Below are positions 30,801-37,850 of a DNA stretch of 64,000 nucleotides, piece by piece (position 1 is the first letter of the stretch; each line of letters opens with the position of its first letter). The position numbers and the translations under genes are program-made. The notes under the pieces were generated by a model, which worked only from the letters and a program-made list of their open reading frames with translations, was not told where the DNA came from and did no database searches. The DNA comes from an uncultured Balneolaceae bacterium (GTDB lineage: Bacteria > Bacteroidota > Rhodothermia > Balneolales > Balneolaceae): contig CAZPWQ010000001.1 of the NCBI GenBank assembly GCA_964590495.1, positions 13,502 through 77,501 on the forward strand, read 5' to 3'.

Positions 30801-30905
30801 GAAGCCTAAAACCAATAAAGCCGCAAAACTATACAGCACTATTCTTTTGATTAGTTCTGTATAAGATGGCAGCTCTTTTCGTATTAACTGTATCGATCTA
30901 ATCAT
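27834..30905 (-). CDS. susC: SusC/RagA-family TonB-linked outer membrane protein (pair 1)
   Basis: Signal ...LVLGFSFNEAQAQQ. CarboxypepD_reg-like ISGTVTDAEDGSPLPSVNITVQGT...GQYSLEV. Plug VVVGYGTQQRKQITGSVSSV...IQGKVPGLTV...IEVLKDASASAIYGTRGSAGVILVTTK. C-terminal ...ARSVSVGINLDF. No N-terminal STN/anti-sigma signalling extension. The track ORF extends to 30956. Confidence 0.93.
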   Translation of the reverse strand: MIRSIQLIRKELPSYTELIKRIVLYSFAALLVLGFSFNEAQAQQTEISGTVTDAEDGSPLPSVNITVQGTTIGTSTDLNGQYSLEVPADADSLVYSFVGYLSITEPIDGRTEINISLQPDVRMLEDVVVVGYGTQQRKQITGSVSSVRAEDFVSGNVNTATELIQGKVPGLTVTNQGGGDPNSDPTVRLRGISSFGANQEPLVVVDGVLGGSLDNIDPNDIASIEVLKDASASAIYGTRGSAGVILVTTKSGERGPEGQSVSVNYNGFVTIEGIENQLDVLNANEFRQLAVDFREVHDLEENEFDIFDGQTSTNWYDLITQTGSNNVHNLSLSGGGENSVYRVSGNYRDRTGIQKQTGFEQLSGRVNLQQWALDNRLKFTLNLGATNRQEDQGLAIGEEGPFEFATTFNPTLPVRADGFETTGGFFEQPLFRFLNPVAIIETGDRTFERDNFNGSLRADYEFEQLIPNLSASAFYSLETTNSLFREFFAKTSKFGGGATETDLGPGQAQRVDNRSSSELFEATVNYLADVDQLRIETIAGYSWQNFIDETTVASGGDFITDVVGFNNLSFAQDFSQGEGTVGSFKGENRLIGFFGRANLNWDDTYFINGSYRREASSRFGADNRWGDFWAAGAGVEVTNLVELPFFERFRLRGSFGVTGQDAPENGLAVQRFEPSGNFFVNGEFVQSFSPASNPNPDLKWEEKRELNLGFDFEAVDSRLTGTFEYFNKVTDDLLFQVAVPVPPNLFPTTWRNVGELETNGFEAALDLEVIRQNNLTWSSGFTFSTFETILEEFVTDETQFISNAGSPGQNDRPLIRVQEGRPIGEIFGPEFAEIGPDGGWLFFDRNGNKVSPDEITREDERVIGNGLPDFELGWNNSVNWRNWDFNTFFRGAFGHDLVNTFRLFYEAPNQITAYNVLSSALDLTELREAPQFSSFQVEDASFVRLQNASLGYTIPFSEATSIRRLRLYVSANNLFTITGYDGIDPEVRFTDPIDDDNPLAPGIERRNQWFTARSVSVGINLDF

Positions 30906-31105
30906 AAATGTTTCCCCTCGATTTTTAGTTTTATTGTAAAAGAAACATTTCAACAACTGTTGAGGTCTCTTCTTCTTTTAGATAGTTCCGGGCGGCAAGC
31001 CACCCGGAAAAAAACCAGTTAGATACTTTTTTACTTGATGATCAATAAATTTTAAAAACTTAATAAAAACCCAAAAAGCAATATACCATCAGTATTTGAT
31101 GATAT

Positions 31106-31125
31106 TGTGTTATGTGATTAACACA
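31106..31125. promoter_or_regulatory. palindrome TGTGTTA-n6-TAACACA upstream of susC-1 (candidate operator)
   Basis: Perfect 7-bp inverted arms (31106-31112 / 31119-31125), about 150-220 nt upstream of the susC-1 start in an AT-rich region. Only a weak echo (ATGTGATT) lies upstream of susC-2. Confidence 0.2.
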
Positions 31126-31314
31126 AATTAACATATAAACGTTTATTTTTTCAATCATAAAATTTAATTAATAATGCTTTTTATAATGCACATTTTGACA
31201 GGGCAAAGTTCTTGCTCCAAGTTCGTTCGTAGAGAATTTGTGCAGAGAAATTAATGATAGGTACGCCTGCCTGCGCTACGCAGAGGCAACTAACCATAAT
31301 CATATGCGTACTCT

Positions 31315-31425
31315 GCAAGGGCAATTATCCAAACCTTTTGTTAAAGTGGCTGCTATTTCAGAACGGATGAGATCCCTCCACTCTAGTCCCGATAAAAAGC
31401 ATCGGAACTTCCGGTCGGGATGACA
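31315..31425 (+). repeat. ~111-nt dispersed repeat, copy 1 (copy 2 at 46518..46629)
   Basis: GCAAGGGCAAtTAtCcAaaCCTTTTGTTAAAgTgGctGCTATTTcAgaaCGGATGAGATCCCTCCACTcTAGtCCCGATAAAAAgCATCGGaACTTCCGGTCGGGATGACA. It aligns end to end with the second copy in the same orientation, with long identical runs (CGGATGAGATCCCTCCACT, ACTTCCGGTCGGGATGACA). Confidence 0.85.
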
Positions 31426-31581
31426 CTATAGATAGTTTTTTATTAACTGCCACAACCCCACCCCCGGCGTCATTTCGAGCATAGTTTCGGTGGGTTTTCC
31501 GAAACGGAGTCGAGAAATCTTGTGGGTTTGATGATGTAGCCCTAAAAATGCTTTAATGACAAAAAATTATTAAGAAAGGCA

Positions 31582-34500
31582 TTATTCTTTGTTTCCGGGG
31601 CTTTTTTTATCAATAAATAATTTAAGAGCTTTATCATTTATTGCTGTCAGAATTAAAGATGTGCTATCAGATTTAGAAATTATGCCGATATCCCGGACCT
31701 GTCCTTTTACTATAAAGCCGCTCTTTCCGGGTTCAACAGTAGTAAAGTCACCGTCCCCAATTCCTTTCAGAAACCACCCGTAGCTGGCATCATAACGTCC
31801 ACCAAATGCCGGTTTGACGGGATGAAAATTTCCGGCAACTAACAGATCCAAGTTTCCATCACTGTTAAAGTCAGCTGCTTCAATTGCCCGGATCGGTGCA
31901 AATTGGGCTTTATCCGGCAAGGGTTCAACGCTGAAATTGCCATCTCCCAGATTATTCAGAAGAACACTCCGCATCATGTAGATTTCTTTTTTCTCAGCAT
32001 CATCGAGATTATTACCGAAAATCTCCTGTATAGTAGATCCGGCATAATCCCGGTAGGCAGGAAACTTTGATCGTAAAAATTTGAACGGCAGTAAAAACTC
32101 ATCCCTGGCTGCTACAGGATATTCGCCATCTATTTTAGTATAACCGATGACAGGATCAAGTTTGCCATCCTCATTAAAATCCTTCAAATACATTACCAGC
32201 GGTTGATCTTCGGAAGCATGAAAAAAGGTATTTAATCCCACATTGCCTGCAATAAAATCTGTATCACCGTCACCATCAAAATCACCGGATTTAAGCCTGT
32301 TCCACCAGCCATCGGTTGCTTTCAGTCCTGGTTTTGCAGATCTTTTCAGTTTTCCGCCCCCATTCTCAAATATCGTGATCGGCATCCACTCACCTACCAC
32401 AATTAAATCAGAATATCCGTTGCCGTTGATATCTTCCCAAACAGCATCTGTGACCATACCAATATCAGTGAGATCAGGAGCATCCCTTCCGGTAACTTCA
32501 CGGAATTGCCCCTCCCCTGTATTTTCCAGTAAATAACTATATGGTGTTACTCCATACTGCTGAGGCACCGATCTGTTGCCAATGAAAAGATCTGTAGAAC
32601 CATCGTTATTATAATCAGCAGCGGTAACTGTTGATCCATTTTCAAATATTTGAGGCAGAGCATTATAAATGCGTGCAAAATTACCATCCCCGTCGTTAAA
32701 ATAGATTCGATCCTCAAATCTCCCGGATCCCGAAGTATACTCGTTGCCACCACTTACCACATAAAGGTCCTGAGCTCCGTTGCCATTCGCATCAAAAAAT
32801 ATGGCATCTACATCCTCATATTCTGCATCCTGCCTGAAGGTCAGGTCATTCGTTTTCGTGAATGATCCATCCTTTTGCTGAACAAATAAATTGCCACTCT
32901 GGTATTTTGCGCCGCCTATATAAAAATCATCCATTCCGTCTCCATTCACGTCGCCTGTGGCTATCCGCGGACCTTCGGCAGATAACATATGCGGCATTAA
33001 AATCTGCCGGTCAAAGTCTGTAAAACTATTTTCCTGATGTCGAAAGCTTATATCTTCCTCACCGGTAACATCCGTGAAATAGGTTTCGGAATAATTCGCA
33101 CCTGACATATCATCAAAAGAGAACCGACCGGTTGCATCTTGCTGATCAATGATCAGCGTTTGATTTGCCTGAACCTTTGTTAATGTCTGGTAACTTTTAT
33201 CCGGCCATACAACAGTAAGAGAATCTGCTGTATTTAATGTATCCAGACCTACAATGACAGCAGGTTCCACAGATGAGAGAAAACCGCGTGTCAGGAACTG
33301 TTCATAGATCTGGGAATGATCATCGGTCCAGACCAAGATTTTACTGCCTATACCGGCTGTATTTTTTCCTTTTCCCTGCAGGTTAATTTTCAGGTAATTT
33401 CCCTCGTTTCTTTCGCGGGTCATATTTCTGTAAACTGAAGCAGGAGAATTAACGTTATTGATAACAAGATCAAGATCTCCGTCGTTATTGAGATCAGCAT
33501 AAGCCATTCCGCTGGAATAGCTCTCTTCTGAGAATCCCCACCTGGAATTCATTTTTGAGAAGGTTAAATCCCCGTTGTTGGAGAAAACAAAGTTCGGGAT
33601 CTTTACATGAGGCATCAGTTCGACCAGCGACATGTTTTCGGAATTAATACCCCTGTTTAGGGATTCCTGTACATTGTCGGAACCAACCCGGGCCAGGTAG
33701 CCCAGATCATTAGGACGCCTGTAGATGCCATTTGTGATTACCAGATCTTTCAACCCGTTGTTATTTATATCCAGTAACAGGGAAGCCCAGCTCCAATCGG
33801 TAGCATGTACACCGGCATACTGACCAATTTCGGAAAAAAGAGAATTTCCATCCTGGCCGGACCCCATGTTCAGCTGCAGTGTGTTTCGGGTATACTGTGG
33901 ATGGTATCCCATATCGCGCTGAATTTTAAATACCTGGTAAGTCTCAATGCTGCTGGACGTCTTCAGGATATTCTCATCATACGGTAACATGTCGAGAACA
34001 AAAATATCCGGACGCAGATCATTGTTGATATCCGCAATATCATTGCCCATACTGGCCCGGCTTGTATGTCCTGTAGCATCCTCAAGTACTTCATTAAACG
34101 TGCCGTCACAGTTGTTACGATACAGATAATCATTCTCGTGGAAATCATTGGATACATAAATATCAGGACAGCCGTCGAGGTTTATATCGCCGACAGTTAC
34201 AGCCAGACCATAACCCATCGGACTGCTGTAGATACCGGCCTCCTGTGAGACATTAATAAACCGGCCGTTGTCATTTTTATATAACCGGTCTCCCGCAAGA
34301 GAATCAATCCTGGTCCTGTTTTCGGCTCTGGTATACGTATTTTCTGAATGTATGGCATGATTCAGCAGGTATAAATCCAGGTCCCCGTCGTCGTCATAAT
34401 CGAAAAATGTTGCATGTTTGGAATACCCTTTGAAATCAAGTCCGTATTCAGAAGCCTGTTCAGTGAAAGTAGAGTCCCCATTGTTTATGAACAGCTGGTT

Positions 34501-34980
34501 ACGTCCTTCTTTAGAAAGATAATTAACGTTGGAGACATAGATGTCCAGCAGCCCGTCACCATTGACGTCAGCCATGGTGGCCCCGCTTGTATAGTCACCA
34601 TCCCCGCCCACACCGGCCGATTCAGTGATATCTGAGAACTCAAAATTGCCCTTATTCAGATACAGACGGTTTGGCAACATATTTGCCGTAAAATACAGAT
34701 CTGGAAAACCGTCGTTGTTGATATCACCAATCGAAACTCCTCCTCCATCATAAAAGTACAGGTAATTTAGAAAGTTAAAATCGGCAGTTTCCTGAAGATC
34801 ATTAGAGAAGTCAATTCCACTCTGTTTTGGTGATATCAGCTGAAATCTTTTAGAAGAATCTTCCGATTGGCATCCAAAAATCGAAATAGAGAATATAATT
34901 GCCAGAAAAATGTAAAACTGATCTGAAAGGTATTTTTTCAAAAATTTCCAACCCCCGCGGGTGTTCATTATGTGTAACAT
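31582..34980 (-). CDS. FG-GAP/VCBS repeat + UnbV/ASPIC (CRTAC1-like) lipoprotein C
   Basis: 1132 aa. Lipobox SISIFGCQSEDS. Repeats DINNDGFPDLY, DVNGDGLLDIY, DYDDDGDLDLY, DINLDGCPDIY, DINNDLRPDIF, DINNNGLKDLV, DLNNDGDLDLV. UnbV-like RGFLSSVEPAVIVGLD. Second propeller DVNGDGMDDFY, DANGNGAQDLY, DYNNDGSTDLF, DINGNGYSDLI, DFDGDGDTDFI, DFNSDGNLDLL. Confidence 0.9.
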   Translation of the reverse strand: MLHIMNTRGGWKFLKKYLSDQFYIFLAIIFSISIFGCQSEDSSKRFQLISPKQSGIDFSNDLQETADFNFLNYLYFYDGGGVSIGDINNDGFPDLYFTANMLPNRLYLNKGNFEFSDITESAGVGGDGDYTSGATMADVNGDGLLDIYVSNVNYLSKEGRNQLFINNGDSTFTEQASEYGLDFKGYSKHATFFDYDDDGDLDLYLLNHAIHSENTYTRAENRTRIDSLAGDRLYKNDNGRFINVSQEAGIYSSPMGYGLAVTVGDINLDGCPDIYVSNDFHENDYLYRNNCDGTFNEVLEDATGHTSRASMGNDIADINNDLRPDIFVLDMLPYDENILKTSSSIETYQVFKIQRDMGYHPQYTRNTLQLNMGSGQDGNSLFSEIGQYAGVHATDWSWASLLLDINNNGLKDLVITNGIYRRPNDLGYLARVGSDNVQESLNRGINSENMSLVELMPHVKIPNFVFSNNGDLTFSKMNSRWGFSEESYSSGMAYADLNNDGDLDLVINNVNSPASVYRNMTRERNEGNYLKINLQGKGKNTAGIGSKILVWTDDHSQIYEQFLTRGFLSSVEPAVIVGLDTLNTADSLTVVWPDKSYQTLTKVQANQTLIIDQQDATGRFSFDDMSGANYSETYFTDVTGEEDISFRHQENSFTDFDRQILMPHMLSAEGPRIATGDVNGDGMDDFYIGGAKYQSGNLFVQQKDGSFTKTNDLTFRQDAEYEDVDAIFFDANGNGAQDLYVVSGGNEYTSGSGRFEDRIYFNDGDGNFARIYNALPQIFENGSTVTAADYNNDGSTDLFIGNRSVPQQYGVTPYSYLLENTGEGQFREVTGRDAPDLTDIGMVTDAVWEDINGNGYSDLIVVGEWMPITIFENGGGKLKRSAKPGLKATDGWWNRLKSGDFDGDGDTDFIAGNVGLNTFFHASEDQPLVMYLKDFNEDGKLDPVIGYTKIDGEYPVAARDEFLLPFKFLRSKFPAYRDYAGSTIQEIFGNNLDDAEKKEIYMMRSVLLNNLGDGNFSVEPLPDKAQFAPIRAIEAADFNSDGNLDLLVAGNFHPVKPAFGGRYDASYGWFLKGIGDGDFTTVEPGKSGFIVKGQVRDIGIISKSDSTSLILTAINDKALKLFIDKKSPGNKE

Positions 34981-35022
34981 CTGCTATTAATTATTCCAAC
35001 CTATTTCGCTGTTCTCTGCAAA

Positions 35023-35112
35023 TCCCGACTGCTGTCAGGAGGTGCTCTGCTCCACATTTACCGGTAGCAGAGTGGCCCGCACCAACGCCCCGGGGCAGAG
35101 CACCGGGACGAG
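35023..35112. repeat. repeat element related to the MITE-like element at 49125..49333
   Basis: TCCCGACTGCTGTCAGgagGTGCTCTGCTCC (35023-35053) matches 49144-49170. GCAGAGCACCGGGACGAG (35095-35112) contains the reverse complement of CTCGTCCCGGTG (49128-49139). GGTGCTCTGC / GCAGAGCACC form a 10-bp inverted repeat. Confidence 0.7.
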
Positions 35113-35135
35113 GAAGGGAGCGGTCCGCAGTTAAC

Positions 35136-35201
35136 GGCACAAGCGGACGCTTGCGCCAGTATTAAAAATTTTACCACCTGGTGCGAGCGTCCGCTCGTAC
35201 C
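35136..35201 (-). repeat. double-hairpin repeat element, copy R (inverted partner of 18936..19011)
   Basis: GGCACAAGCGGACGCTTGCGCCAGT, an AT-rich spacer, then TGGTGCGAGCGTCCGCTCGTACC. Its reverse complement shares both end modules with copy L exactly; only the spacer differs. Confidence 0.85.
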
Positions 35202-35324
35202 GAAACTCTACCCCTTCGTATGGCCTCTTCCATTGACAATGCCTTTTATATAAGAGCTTCAACTTTTATAATCTACTTATCATTTTATTAACAAGCCTCA
35301 TGTATCAAATCCCCATTAGAGGAT

Positions 35325-35897
35325 TTACGGGTCGCGTTTTACCGATAAATCCATAAATTCAACACGGGCTTTCATTACATCTTGCCGATAAATTGAAATT
35401 CTCCTGTTGCCGTCAATTTTAATCCATGCCTCTTTACCTGTTTCCGGATGGGAAGTTTTAATAAAACCCGGTCCGTATATATCACTGTACAAATCCACCA
35501 GTTCTTTAACAAGACTGTCAGAATGCAGTTCACGATTCCACGGTGCCCAGGATTTAAATGAAATTTCAACAGGCATCCGGTAGATACGTTTCTCATAAAA
35601 GTCAGGGTAGAAAACCATTTTGGCCGGAGCAGATAAATCATCCATTTCGTATTCAACCTGGGATCCCCCCGTTACTATTTTCTGCTGGTTCAATTCCCAG
35701 CTATGCTCTAAAAACTCTTCATCTTTCATCCCAAATTCATATCCCAAAAAAAGGCTGTCATGCCTTTCCCCCTTATTCAACTCCCTTTCAACCAGCTGTT
35801 CATATTCTGATTTGGTTTCGCAAGAAAGCAATGCAAGAAAGATCATCATTAAAGAAAGCGGGTAAGCGCTTTTTGAAAAAAAAGAGCTTTTTATCAT
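35325..35897 (-). CDS. hypothetical lipoprotein
   Basis: 190 aa. Lipobox FLALLSCETKSE. No recognisable family motif. Lies co-directionally between CRTAC1-like C and susD-2. Confidence 0.6.
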   Translation of the reverse strand: MIKSSFFSKSAYPLSLMMIFLALLSCETKSEYEQLVERELNKGERHDSLFLGYEFGMKDEEFLEHSWELNQQKIVTGGSQVEYEMDDLSAPAKMVFYPDFYEKRIYRMPVEISFKSWAPWNRELHSDSLVKELVDLYSDIYGPGFIKTSHPETGKEAWIKIDGNRRISIYRQDVMKARVEFMDLSVKRDP

Positions 35898-36115
35898 TCC
35901 GGAGCTATGTATTTAAATTTTTAATATTTCGACGAAAATCTGCGGTTTAATTCCTGAAACAGTTGAATCGTTATGAATATGATTCAGGTTTTTCTAAAAC
36001 TTATCATGAAAAGATAAAGAACTCGATATATTTGTAAAAAAATCAATTCATTTTCATCCAAAATTATATTGACAAAACCAGTCACCGGGCGAGGAAAATT
36101 GCCATAATTATCAGA

Positions 36116-36152
36116 TATAAAAAAAGGGAAGCATATGTTGCCATATACTTCC
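36116..36152 (-). terminator. rho-independent terminator after susD-2
   Basis: On the minus strand, GGGAAGtATATG-gcaa-CATATgCTTCCC followed by TTTTTTTAT. Confidence 0.75.
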
Positions 36153-36175
36153 CTTTATAACTTTATGCTGTTTTA

Positions 36176-37819
36176 TCAGTATCCCGGATTTTGCACCAGA
36201 TTTGTATTTGATTCCAACTGATTATCGGGTACAGGAAAGACATTTCTGTGGGTACCTGATACGTCTTTTTCCCACCACTCATCATTAAAACGTGTTTCTT
36301 CAGTTTCACCCGCGAAACGGATCTGATCCTGACGGCGTGTAATTTCCCAGAATAGTTCACGTCCGCGTTCGTCAAACAGTTTATCCGCATCGAGAGTGGC
36401 AAAAGCATCAACCCCGGCACGTTCTCTTATCTGGTTAACCAGCATTAATGCGGTCGCATCTCCGGGATTCAGTCTCCAGAGGGCTTCTGCCTTCATAAGA
36501 AGGACATCTGCGTATCTGTATATGACAAAGTCATTATTCATATCACCACCGCTCAGGCCTATTTCCATGGCGTACTTGGCAATACGAGCACCTGACTGTC
36601 TCCAGTTACCCGGCGTGAGTTCATTCAAGTATGGTGTATGCGTAATCGGTGGTCCGTTTGGATCACTGGATTCAGCACCCTCATCTTCAATCTGGTTACC
36701 CTGCAGGTCCAGTAGCGGCCCGGCAAGGAAATTGCCCAGACGTTCATCCTGGGTTCCTGTTACAGTAGAACCTTCGGGATCCAATCCTACGACATCACCC
36801 TGCGGACCCGGATTTGAATCCGGATCGATATATGAGCCATAAAACTCGGTTACGGTTTGGAATCCGTTCCAGGGTTGCTCGCCAAAATTGAAAGCCGGCT
36901 GACTCAGGATATGATTCGTCATCATATGCAGATTAAAGCCGGGGAGAAATACCTCATCAAAGGGAATAGTAAAGATATGCTCAGGTGAACCTGTGTTATC
37001 AACAGAGAAATTATCAAAGTAATTACCGGTTAAACTGAAATTACCAGAATCGATAATCGCATTAGTATGTGTAACTACCTCATCCCAGTGTGGAGTGCCG
37101 GTATAGACTTCGGCATTCAGATACAACTTGGCGAGCGTCATATGAACAACCCACTTGTTCACACGTCCGACCGTTGCCCCTACATCTTCATCCACAAGAT
37201 CAAGAACTTCCAACAGCTCGCTTTCTACAAAATCGAATACCTGCTGACGTCCATCATCAAAGTCACTGCTGGGTTGAGCAGTTTCATCAGGACTTTGCTC
37301 AAAGCTGGTTACAATAGGTACATTACCGAAATTGTCCAGTAACATATAGTAGTAAAAAGCCCTGAGTGCTTTTAATTCAGCAATAAATGCAGCTGCATTT
37401 TCTTCACTCACATCGCCCGATTCAACAACCGATTCGAATTGAAAAATCAGCCTGTTGGCATTGGCAACACCTCTGAAAAACTCGTTCCATGTGTTATTTA
37501 TAACATCATCAGAAGGTGTAAATGTATGCCGGTGCAGGCGAATCCAAACACCGCCATCTTCCCAGTCAGCACCTTTATGGCCAACTACGATTTCATCGGA
37601 GGTCACCTCATTTATAGCTGTTACCGCCCAGTTACCACCATATTGACCGAGAGCACCGTAGGCATCACCCAGTGCGGAGATAAATTCTTCATCTGTCTGG
37701 AAGAACTGGTCAGCCGTTGCCTCATTATTAATGCTTTCGGTTAAATCAGTGCAGGACCCGATCAACAGGGCAGGCACCAACAGAATCCATGTCAGAATGC
37801 GTTTATTATATATTTTCAT
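36176..37819 (-). CDS. susD: RagB/SusD-family nutrient-binding outer membrane lipoprotein (pair 2)
   Basis: Lipobox ALLIGSCTDLTES. Collinear with susD-1 with long shared runs (NRLIFQFES, FGNVPI(I/V)TSFE, QPSSDF, LAKLYLN(S/A)EVYTGTP, RFND.WWEKDVS, NLVQNPGY). The track ORF extends to 37831. Confidence 0.93.
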   Translation of the reverse strand: MKIYNKRILTWILLVPALLIGSCTDLTESINNEATADQFFQTDEEFISALGDAYGALGQYGGNWAVTAINEVTSDEIVVGHKGADWEDGGVWIRLHRHTFTPSDDVINNTWNEFFRGVANANRLIFQFESVVESGDVSEENAAAFIAELKALRAFYYYMLLDNFGNVPIVTSFEQSPDETAQPSSDFDDGRQQVFDFVESELLEVLDLVDEDVGATVGRVNKWVVHMTLAKLYLNAEVYTGTPHWDEVVTHTNAIIDSGNFSLTGNYFDNFSVDNTGSPEHIFTIPFDEVFLPGFNLHMMTNHILSQPAFNFGEQPWNGFQTVTEFYGSYIDPDSNPGPQGDVVGLDPEGSTVTGTQDERLGNFLAGPLLDLQGNQIEDEGAESSDPNGPPITHTPYLNELTPGNWRQSGARIAKYAMEIGLSGGDMNNDFVIYRYADVLLMKAEALWRLNPGDATALMLVNQIRERAGVDAFATLDADKLFDERGRELFWEITRRQDQIRFAGETEETRFNDEWWEKDVSGTHRNVFPVPDNQLESNTNLVQNPGY

Positions 37820-37850
37820 TTGTCTGTCCATGATAATTTTAAAAATTATT

